From Caecitellus pseudoparvulus (taxonomy: Eukaryota > Protista > Bigyra: Bicosoecida), in assembly GCA_965644315.1 (NCBI GenBank), contig CBFFRQ010000037.1:53649-117648 (forward strand): DNA of 64,000 nt. Direction: 5' to 3'. The notes below the pieces were generated by a model. That model worked only from the letters and a program-made list of their open reading frames with translations, did no database searches and had not been told where the DNA came from. Positions 55,401-63,211 of this stretch are shown here, piece after piece. Every line of letters begins with the position of its first letter. Within the stretch, counting starts at the first letter, position 1. Both the position numbers and the translations under genes were made by a program.

Positions 55401-58400
55401 AGGAATCGCTGCTTCGACATCGGCAACGGTGCGGAGGTCACCCAGCACGTCAGCTGCCGCGGTCCTGCACTCGACGGCTTCTGCCATGGAGTGCTGCAGG
55501 CGTTCAACCAGCGCACTGCACAGGCTGGCCACCGGCTCGTCCAACTCTGCCGAGCAGGCTGTCTGAGTGGCCTGGGACAGCCTCGTCACGTCTTCTGGAG
55601 TCGTGGCAGACAGGTCGCGCAACGCTGCAAGTACATTGGCCCCCGCAAGCAACGCCGCCTCGCCGCAATCGACACGGGACCGCAGTGGGAGCCCCAGTGG
55701 GGCAGACTGAAGTTGAGATTGGAGTCGGTGCGCTTCGCCAATGCAGTGGTCAAGTGCTTCTGTGATACTTGCAGCGTCCTGCGTGTCGGCTGCCACAGTG
55801 CTGAGGCGCTGCAGAACGCCTCGCCACGCTGCTGAGGCATCTGCTTGAAGCGCCTCGCTGGCTTCGACAACTCCTCGTACAGCGGCCAGGAGGGATGCCA
55901 GGGTTTGTCCCGGCGGACACGCAGCCTTGTGCAGCTGCTGCAGAGTGCAGGGGGGTCGCGTGTCGGCCACCCATGCCTCGCACGTGGACCGCACGTCCCC
56001 GAGTGCTTGCACCGTGCCCCGTGCTTGTTCCAGCGCCACAGCTCCATGTGTTGAGGCTGCAGCAGCTTGGGCCGAGGCGGCCCACAGCGCTGTGCCGCAG
56101 ATGGGGGGCACGATAGACGCCAGGGCTGATGGCAAAGCGATGCCGGGCGCAGCTTCGACGGCGGCGCCCAAAGCTGCGAGAGCCTGGTGTGGCGTGCAGT
56201 CTGCAGGGTTTGTCCGGAGTGTAGGGGCCCCTTCAGGCGCAATTGGCGCTTGCTTTGCTGCAGCATCCCCATCGCTGGTTTTGAGGATGGTGTCGATCGC
56301 TTGCACTGCTGCGGTGTCCCGTCCCAGCAGCTCACCCAGCACCTGGCGGGCACTTTGCAAGGCGGCGATGAGGCCTGCAGTGAGCTTCTGGGCCTGCACA
56401 ACTTCAGCGTTGTGCTTCAGAACCTTGGGGGCAGCTTGCAGGGCTGCCGTGACGGCGGCGAGGGGGTGTGCTGTGCCTGGGTCTGGAGTCAGGAAGTGCA
56501 GGTGTGACTGAGCCCAACCCCGCACCATGGCGTGCACCTTGTGGACATTTTGTACAGTGCGGAGGGAGGTGGGGGGCGTGCCTGCCAGTGCGTCGGTGGG
56601 CATGGTGTCGGGTGCATCCTTCACGAGGGACTCCAGAGCGGCCAGGGTGGTGGCCACCTCGGCACCCTCACGGCCCTTCGTCACCAGCGCCAGCTGGGTC
56701 AGCCACGCGCCCCATGCGACGCCAATCTGCAAGCGGGCAGCAGTGACGGACGGCACACGAATGGGCAGACACTGCACCAGGGCAGACAGCCACCGCAGCG
56801 CGCCGTGCAGTGCCCCAGCTGCAGAGAGCGCTTTGGACAGGGACACGCCAGGCTTGCTCTGCCCGAGAAGGAGCCCCCCCAGAGTGGCTGTGAGGCCGGC
56901 GACGGCGGCGTCTACGGCCAGGACAACGCCGAGGGGCCACGTGGCATTGGCACGGCAAACACCACTGTGCACCTGTGCATGTGGGCGGCTTGGGGTCGGC
57001 AGCTCAACTCGGGTGACGCTGGGGTGGTGGGTCATGAACCACGCCAGCGCATCTTCCAGCAGAGCCCTGTCTGAGACGCTGTCATCCCACGCCTGGGCGT
57101 GCTCCTGCAGATGACCTGCGAGGGCATGGCGGGCTTGGCCCTCCATAAGCACAGGGCGGTGGGGGGTGCCCAGTCCGGCTGGGTCGTACAGTGTCTCGTA
57201 TTCGCCCTCCAGCACCCACCCCACCCCCCACGTCACCGGCAGCAGGGCCGGGGAACTGCGAGGGGAAGTGGGGGCATCGGCCTGACAGCCCAGTACCTGC
57301 TGTGCCCAGTGCTGCAGGTTTGCCAGCACTGGCGCCTGCTTGGCCACCATCCCCGCCCACTGTTGCAGCGCGGCCGTGTACAGCGGCATGGCGAGTGCGG
57401 GGCAGGAAGAGGTCGCCTCGGGGGGCAGAGCTCCCTCCGTCTCTGCCTCCGCCTCAGACCAAGTGTCGGCGTCGGCGAAGTGGCGTGGAGGCGGGATGAG
57501 CAGTTTGCGGGAGGGGTGGGGTGTGGGCAGGGGGTCGTCAGTGTCACCCCCCTTCACGTCAGCATACGCTGCCAGGGCGGCGGGGGGAGTGTGTGCGCGG
57601 CACCAGGGACAGACGTACTCCTCTGCGTCCCCCGCCACGCCCTCCCCGCAGTCAGCTGAGTACAGCCACTCGCCACACGTGTCACAGCCCAGCATGAGGC
57701 GCTCCGGGGAATACCCCTCCAAGCAGCGAGAATACAGGGTGGTGGGAGCTGCCAGGGCGTGGGCCGCCACGCCACGACCACACGCATCCCGGGCGCTGGG
57801 CAGGTGCTTGCGCAGTGGAGCAAGGCCACTCGCCACCCCACGGGCCAGGGACAGCGGCAGGGCTGGCAGGTGCGGAGATAGCTCACACTGTGAGTCAGGC
57901 TCTGGGTCTGAGGGCGGCTCGGTCCATGCCTCTAAGTACAGGGCGCTGTCGGCAATGGCTGTTGCGTGTACTGCATCCCCTTCTGTCGGCTGCTGCGCCA
58001 ATCCCTGGTGTGATGTCACAGCGCTGAGCCAGGCAGCTCGTTGAGGAAAGGCTGCCTCTGCACCAGCTGGCTGGCTCAAGTACTGCAGGGAGCCGGAGAG
58101 CTCTCCACTGCCCGTGGCAGGCAGCAGGCGGAATGACATTGCCTGCAAGTCCACTGGCGCTGCTCGGCGCCCCCACAGCGCGCAGCAGCCGTGCACCCAC
58201 TGCTGCTCGCCTGCGGAATTCGCATGGCACCGCACCAAAGCCGGTGGGGCCAGCGACTGGGACGGCAGCGCCAGCTCAGCGCCTCGAGGCGGTTCAGTAT
58301 ATTTGCTTGACATCCATGTGATGTCCTGGGAGCCGCTGCAGATGCTGCAGGGCGGCGTGCTCACGCTGGAGCCGGGCAAGGGGGTCTGCGTGTCAGCCAC

Positions 58401-58781
58401 ATGCCTGCACCAGGCACACTTCCACGCAGCGCCCTGCTGCACTGCCGCGTAGCCTGCCCCCACACACCCCGCATGCACAAGTGTGCTGCAACTTCCACAG
58501 CGCAGGGCAGCCGACGCGACGAACCAGGCGCCTGGGTCTGAGATTTGCGCCTTGGCGCCTGGCTCGGGCAAGCTGGTGTCCCCCTCCCCGCCACTGTTGC
58601 TGGGAAGGGTGTGGGGGTACAGCGGCGCCTCGTCGCGGAAGCCAGTGGCGCACACTGTGCATCGCAGGCCTGCTGCGTGGGCTGTCGCCAGCGCCCCCCG
58701 CAGCCATGCGCTGCGGGCAGCGGCACCGCCTTCGCCTGTCAGGTGCGGCGGCGGCCCGGCCTCGGCCGCGGCAGCGTCCAT
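49440..58781 (-). CDS. Large chromatin/transcription-elongation protein: PHD fingers, long helical region, PWWP, TFIIS central domain, SPOC (PHF3/DIDO/Bye1-like)
   Basis: CTVC..CGSC..VHAGC..WKCAWC; MLGCDTCGEW..YVCPWC; LVWARVGAMPWWPA; KYKEQLLAMTLNLQDPSNPTLRQRVMSGDLPPERLGTMSTLDMAS; LKQVGRMR...QVFVIPP. Confidence 0.8.
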   Translation of the reverse strand: MDAAAAEAGPPPHLTGEGGAAARSAWLRGALATAHAAGLRCTVCATGFRDEAPLYPHTLPSNSGGEGDTSLPEPGAKAQISDPGAWFVASAALRCGSCSTLVHAGCVGAGYAAVQQGAAWKCAWCRHVADTQTPLPGSSVSTPPCSICSGSQDITWMSSKYTEPPRGAELALPSQSLAPPALVRCHANSAGEQQWVHGCCALWGRRAAPVDLQAMSFRLLPATGSGELSGSLQYLSQPAGAEAAFPQRAAWLSAVTSHQGLAQQPTEGDAVHATAIADSALYLEAWTEPPSDPEPDSQCELSPHLPALPLSLARGVASGLAPLRKHLPSARDACGRGVAAHALAAPTTLYSRCLEGYSPERLMLGCDTCGEWLYSADCGEGVAGDAEEYVCPWCRAHTPPAALAAYADVKGGDTDDPLPTPHPSRKLLIPPPRHFADADTWSEAEAETEGALPPEATSSCPALAMPLYTAALQQWAGMVAKQAPVLANLQHWAQQVLGCQADAPTSPRSSPALLPVTWGVGWVLEGEYETLYDPAGLGTPHRPVLMEGQARHALAGHLQEHAQAWDDSVSDRALLEDALAWFMTHHPSVTRVELPTPSRPHAQVHSGVCRANATWPLGVVLAVDAAVAGLTATLGGLLLGQSKPGVSLSKALSAAGALHGALRWLSALVQCLPIRVPSVTAARLQIGVAWGAWLTQLALVTKGREGAEVATTLAALESLVKDAPDTMPTDALAGTPPTSLRTVQNVHKVHAMVRGWAQSHLHFLTPDPGTAHPLAAVTAALQAAPKVLKHNAEVVQAQKLTAGLIAALQSARQVLGELLGRDTAAVQAIDTILKTSDGDAAAKQAPIAPEGAPTLRTNPADCTPHQALAALGAAVEAAPGIALPSALASIVPPICGTALWAASAQAAAASTHGAVALEQARGTVQALGDVRSTCEAWVADTRPPCTLQQLHKAACPPGQTLASLLAAVRGVVEASEALQADASAAWRGVLQRLSTVAADTQDAASITEALDHCIGEAHRLQSQLQSAPLGLPLRSRVDCGEAALLAGANVLAALRDLSATTPEDVTRLSQATQTACSAELDEPVASLCSALVERLQHSMAEAVECRTAAADVLGDLRTVADVEAAIPDVPQATVSSSSTEPVIPALLRARELLEKVRDRSVHFDLRPALEAWVQRVGAVDSAVQEVFGNPQSGAPAISASVFPEDGSGRLAVLDAAEGRLQTLEAARRAGVLDAHCWEQATLSIALSTAKRCVELQALLHRSGFLGSGSPELEVGPGCSVCRVQLAAPHPALQDSTAPAVKPSGTALLSHADVQAWEELAVRWNDVGPLGGSLGRLCSELKAESSVLALIGRAVFLLQQLHAPGLPTASLDDIQLASSHLSELSTVKAAAACRATFERWVAAADARECDIASLATRSTPPSPEESLALLRCPGTEPFWFPVRTSPAFDALLARVLACRWAEHVRSLGASASLASWAEAHQLGAVLLQALQACPAPLAKATEAHVQAVQARCDHVVACVDTIHTCVAKHAVALAQPPPSSRRTKQASSNLIPGDAVLDLIGAFAALTCATPLSGPTLPAGSASICPLPQLPSASDLPGISADLPGTQLPAVAATFGVSVPPAASTHIPGDAVDAVTSAAHLVTLGGPWLGKCAAALSAAAQCEQRSISTMVGQDLGGSAAADTRLLNIALGDLKAAIEAAGLLPMTPPSVVLAALRVAHARLVLLDDTWAAVQGAEAGDAAGELLPLHQAALSACLAEPRTDTSGRADLEICCVAFHDTVRSRSNPSTVSRATQLVTPPATLLHQAALYVHAMRQRALHTCTGLLPVLNTSALQEAERLYIMAPQTLGTAGAVQRTLEQLQTQVGETGPACHWAVRLAEAVATCAAEQRRHARQGGAGEATLGSSVQSWAAAAAQGQVEVPRLLPQPTRSLLSAWASAAVGGSDMLRSMPGAQSAPQGLPLPPASSAALLCAAALASGQLVWARVGAMPWWPASLLGVVDAASTATPTSSAGSQSVPMRVVGETAQLPPTAMQALVAALDSHGTAPDTALNSTVQLPSPTEGSEGEATVQRSMEELWAAVRLWGKPVDTAGPVSSWFRHGTPPTSLLGPSDSPQSAMFAAEWSPPDDLPGVIAWVPLRLLAPWGQAHVACAWAAELRDAELRTSTARALRTPAKHTTGDGAVPPAVLRTRQLRLVQRLERAQASRARALGLASPQDTSASHGKRSRTKAQTASITDVLPTNVDPQGVCSKLLGGMNPASSSIHQRLLAGDTPYRHAVTAAVQHVTQGILDQCSRTIVSSQWSAWLSGCLASGRPDADQEGVVAGEGAGLILSEASSDGSLGAGPDSEADSDHEEPQASERPGKARRKRSQGAKPGGQRGGAGGGDSSDDSLYGDPVTPSATSTAQDGAPSRSLGPSHHQRLQRLLQSRPRRPLKVARKAPKPTPTDASGSSDGKAKTKVSNEAIRAKARTMLAGAVAGAKLSDAVIEVLPHATSTPVAGVSLPNLRKAVELANAAEAAMHAKYPLSSARNKYKEQLLAMTLNLQDPSNPTLRQRVMSGDLPPERLGTMSTLDMASAEVQATRASITAEGIQAAGSAAPSRPVPPPDSSGKTATDKDDKPKPKAAPVATPKPPPATKKRVAPAKTSVLSSLIKRTRIGPDTKLPPVTTKQPGTAQGSGSLPAERPASLGQDVQANAGGKSTCSLAIVGEMPGVPKTVTATGTALRHSARSSSVVASALARASEGTPTPAGRTLAQSLFSDVAQKYEAPGYTVDVASVQELHRTGLPPALKQVGRMRLEALGSYLLDIHTRMQRGSRALAVFKVDTAGQGVGALCTALASAGRAGVFDVADSADINKGTQVFVIPPITALAREDSGTTSLARLATLPQDTRGLFCMLLSAYSLPPASPAAVLVHKKTAPPKPQHKRPSKSAARGIKRRAERVHDEDKPPKTSRSDPTPSRDSPAGGLLDRPDAPAQAAAAQPAFLVSTDPDPHYASLATQAPAPTLGHAPAAAFGDPYGLSAAPQTSLLSMQPPAPAPAPAPAPAAAKPSRLAGLAAMLSSLPATSAPTPAPAPAPITTQGSAYAPRPAGTGGGGLLGAGPTQPQQHGNRGSRWGR

Positions 58782-59156
58782 GGGGCCCACCCAGAGAAGA
58801 CAAGAGGGGAGTGGGGGTGAAGAGCGCAATGTGAGAGGTGCGTTTGGTGAAGGGGCCGCGGCACAGGGCGCTCGAGGTTATGTCGAGGAGGGGAGTATGT
58901 GGATGGCTGCGGAATATGGCTCACCAAGACTTGGGATTCTGAGCAGTCTGCAGGCGGGGGGGGAAGGGGGGCGTCAGACTCGATGCCCACAGCGCCAGAG
59001 CTAGGTAGTCCACACATTAAATACCTCGCGGCAAGAGCATCAGGCCCACTCCTTCCCTCGGCGTGCGTCACCTTGCATTGCGGAGCATTGCAGCGCGTGC
59101 ACTTCCTGGCTGGCAGCGCCGCGCTGTGACGGGAAGTGCTCTTCGCTGCGCGCGCC

Positions 59157-60496
59157 ATGGCATCGGCTGGTCAAAAGAAGCAGTTAAAGGATCTGCTGGC
59201 GCTGCCGGGGAATGACCGCTGTGCCGACTGCAGAGCGCAAGGTGCGGTGGTTGCGCCGTGCCAGCTGCTCCAATTTCCGCACGAGGCCAACCCTGCCGCG
59301 CTCCCTGCACAGCCCCTTCATGGGCCAGCATCAACCTGGGCGTCTTCCTGTGCATCGAATGCTCCGGCGTACATCGCCGGATGGGCACCCACATTTCCAA
59401 AGTGCGGTCCGTGACGATGGATGCGTGGCAGCCTGCATGGGTCAGTCACATGGCCCAGGTTGGCAACGTCAACGCCAACGCCCGGCTGGAAGCCAACATG
59501 CCGGCGGACTGCGTCATTGAGCCCACCTGCTCGCCAACTGTTCGCGAGGACTTTGCCCGCCGCAAGTACGAGCGCCAGCTGTGGGCAGATCGCGCCACAC
59601 CCTCCACTGTCGCCCAGGCCAGGCAGCGCCTGTTAGTGGACGAGCCAGCCAACACAGCACAGAAGCTGGCCATTGCTGCGCCAAAAGACGGCGATGCCAC
59701 GCCTCCAGCGGGACGCTCTGTGAACCCCGCCGTGGCGCGGCGCCTGGCTCGCCTGGGCAGGACCCCCGTCACCAGCTCCAGCCCCGAGCCCCCCCAAACC
59801 ACCACGGCACCGAGCTCAGAAGTGGACGACCTGCTGGGCCTGACGCCTGTGCCGTCGCCGCCCGCCACAGGGTTCTCCTTCTCGCACGGCAGCTCCGTGG
59901 CGGGCGGCGGCGGCGACGGAGGTGCTGGGGGGTTTTCCTTCTCACACGCCACGGGGGACGTGCCGTCAAGTGCTGGCCCGGGTACCAGCCTGCCAGCTGC
60001 TGCAGCACGCTCACCAGTGCATGTGGAACCCCCCACTGCGTCAGTCTTGCACGCGACCCGTCGTCGCAGTGCATCAGGTGACCTCTTGTCACTGTCGTTC
60101 GGAGGGGACACGACAAGTCAGACGGCCGCACCAGGTCCGTTCCAGGGTGGGAGGCAAGCGTTTGGATCCAGCGTGGCCCAAGCAAGTGACCAGCGCGGGA
60201 TGTTTGGGGCGTCGACTGGGTCGGAGCAGCAGACCTCGCCTGCCGCTGTGTCGGCTCTGGCGCAGAGCATTCTTGCCAGCGAAGCCTTCGCTGCATGTGT
60301 ACTAGAACCCACAAAAGCCAGCTCAGCTGACCAACGCCGCGCAGCAGCGGCGGCCTTCCTGCGCCGAGTGCAGGAGGAGGTTCTCAGCGCACTGCAGGCG
60401 AGCGAGCCCGAGGCACAGGATGCAGGCGCTGGGCGCACTGCAACTGGAGGCAGTGACAGCGCACCACCCACGCCCTCAGGGTTTGCATTCATGTAG
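59157..60496 (+). CDS. ArfGAP (SMAP/AGD5-like); intron 59242-59312
   Basis: Spliced [67 protein letters not shown]. Confidence 0.92.
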
Positions 60497-60994
60497 ACCG
60501 TTGCGTTGCTGTCGCGGTCCTGTTGTGTGGCGTGCCGGCTCGCTAGCCGATGGCTGTGCGTGGATTGATTGAAGGCAACGCAGCCTCTGGTGCAGGTGAG
60601 AGCCAACCCAGCCTTGGCAAATGCAGTGATGCGATGCTGCTCTAGTAGTAGGTTGGTTGGGAGATCGTCGTGAAGGCCACTTGCTCCGAGTGGACTGTCG
60701 GCCTGCCTCATTCGCTGCGCAGTTGCTGGGGTGAAAAATTTTCCATCTCAGCTGCTTGCCAAGCCTCCCGAGCATCGATTGACACCTCGCTGGATACCAG
60801 CTGTGCTCAATAGCTTCCATCTCGAAGCAAGGCGCCTTACTGATGTCACACATCCGGCAATTCAAGTGTTGCTTGAGGAAGGGGCGGTGCTGCCGCCTGC
60901 TGGCCTTGTCGCCAAACACGCATAAAATCTCAATACCGTTGCATTCACCACAACTTTACCGATGACCCCCGATCTCAACAGCCGATCCCCCATC

Positions 60995-62701
60995 ATGGCT
61001 GCTGCAACGCCACACCACACCCGTGCGAGCACCAGCGCACCCCGGTGCACCTGCGAGAGGGCCACCACCACCACCTCCACCTCCACACACAGAGGCCAGC
61101 CCTATAGTAGACGAATGGGGCGATGTGAAGAGCAACTACGACAAATCTTTCAAGTCCTTTGAAAGTATGAGCCTCAAGGATGACCTCCTGGTGCGTGGAT
61201 GCGTCGCTTTTGGAGCAGCTGCACGATCAGAGTGCAGAGGTCGTTCTATTCCCGCAACTGGTTTCGGCAACGGCACGCGTGCACAACCCAGCCAAGAGCG
61301 TGGCAGCTCGATGAGCGCCGCGTTTGACTGCCCTCACTACACTGTGCTCTCGTGCCTCCTTACACAGCTTGGCGTTATTCGTGCGTGAGGACCGCGTGCA
61401 AAGGGCGACACATGCACACCCTTTCGCGGAGCAAGCTGTGCACGGCGATGATCCCCCCTCTACCTCAGAGTGCGGCTTTGAGAAGCCGACACCCCTCCAG
61501 CAGCGCGCCATCATGCCTTTCATTGAAGGCCGTGACACCATCGCGCAGGTGCGTACTGTGCAAAGGTGTCGGCGGAAGAGAGGCCACAGTGACAGCAGCA
61601 GGATACACACCGCTCACAGCCGCTAAGAGGGCCACGGCTGCCTCTACACCCGCCCGACCTTCCCACACACGTCTCACTGAGTGGCACCCGTGACCCCCAC
61701 CACAGGCCCAGCCCGGCACTGGCAAAACTACTGCCCTTGCCATCAGCGCGCTGCAGCGCATTGACGAGGCCTCGCTTCACGTGCAGGCCGTCATTTTGGT
61801 CCCTGCATATGACGCCATGCGGAAGACTGAAGAATTTATCACCAGCATTGGCTCATATATGCCCATCAGAGTGCGCGCGTGTGTGGGCTTTGGGCTCGTG
61901 GCCGATGACATCGCCGCCCTTCGCTCCGGGGTACAAGTAGTGGTAGGGTCCGCTGCCCGTGTCCTCGACATGATCAACCGCCGTGCCCTGGACGTGTCCC
62001 ACCTGAAGCTGCTCATCCTGGACGATGCCGACCAGATGCTGGACCGCGGCTTCAAGGAGCAGATCTACGAGATCTTCTCTGCTGGCCTGCCCAAGGACAT
62101 GCAGGTGGCCCTGTTCTCCGCCACCATGCCGCCTGAGGCCCTGGAGCTGGCCACCAAGTTCATGCGGGACCAGGCCATCATCCTGGTCAAGCGCCAAGAG
62201 CTGACGCTGGATGGCATCAAGCAGTTCTACATCAAGGTGGACAGCGAGGCGGCCAAGTTCGACACCCTGTGCGGCCTGTTCGAGAGCACGACCGTCACCC
62301 AGAGCATCATCTACTGCAACACTCGCCGGAAAGTGGACCTGCTCGTCACCCGCATGAAGTCCAAGGACTTCACCGTCTCCTGCACGCACGGCGAGATGGA
62401 ACAGCACGACCGGGAGGCAGTGCTGCAGGAGTTCTACTCTGGGGCCTCCCGCGTCCTCATCACCACCGACCTCCTGGCCCGCGGCATTGACGTGCAGCAG
62501 GTGTCCCTGGTCGTCAACTACGACCTGCCCGTTAAGCGGGAGAACTACATTCACCGCATAGGGGGCCCCTCCAAACATGGCGACAAGGGCGTCGCCATCA
62601 ACTTCGTCACCAGCGAGGACGTCACCTTCATGCAGGACATCGAGTCCTTCTACCATACACACATTGAGGAGATGCCTGACTCGGCAATTGATTTCACGTG
62701 A
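60995..62701 (+). CDS. Divergent eIF4A-like DEAD-box protein with degenerate catalytic motifs; exons 60995-61022, 61093-61190, 61368-61380, 61469-61548, 61706-62701
   Basis: [80 protein letters not shown] are all eIF4A hallmarks. All four introns are GT-AG and in frame. Confidence 0.88.
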
Positions 62702-63211
62702 TCAAGTCATCTGGCGCTGGTGCCTCTGCTTCTAGTCCGAACTGCACTGTTCGCTTGGGTCCAGCATGTTGCCCAAGGTATTGTATCCACGACCTTTTAT
62801 TTCAATTCACGGGTCGTTTGTTTCGTGGCGCACATTCACCGCTCATGTCTCAGTATGTTTGGCACGCGAATGCACGCGTTCACTGGCGATTTCCGTCTGC
62901 GATTTCCGCAAGGACCACCGCGGTTTGTCGGGCCAGTGGAATGCGACGTCAAAAATTCTGACAGCAGCAGCACCCTAATCTTGAACACGTATGTGTCTAA
63001 ATTAAGTGAGTGTTTCCTTCGCTTCAATTGTCGCTTCCTGCCGGCGGCCTTGTGATGAATTTCAGGTCTAATGCGCAGAACGGTAAAATACTCTTGCGGC
63101 TGGGCGTCAGCCGGTGGAGCATATTCTGGTAGGTTCGAGCAGTGCCAAGCTTAGCCAGAGTCTAAGGGATCAAAAGGCGCAAGATGCATTCAACTATCCA
63201 GCAATACAAGC

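Noticed and set aside
63052-63170. Box C-like GTGATGA suggesting a C/D snoRNA
   Set aside because: I saw no box D (CTGA) or terminal stem at a suitable distance.
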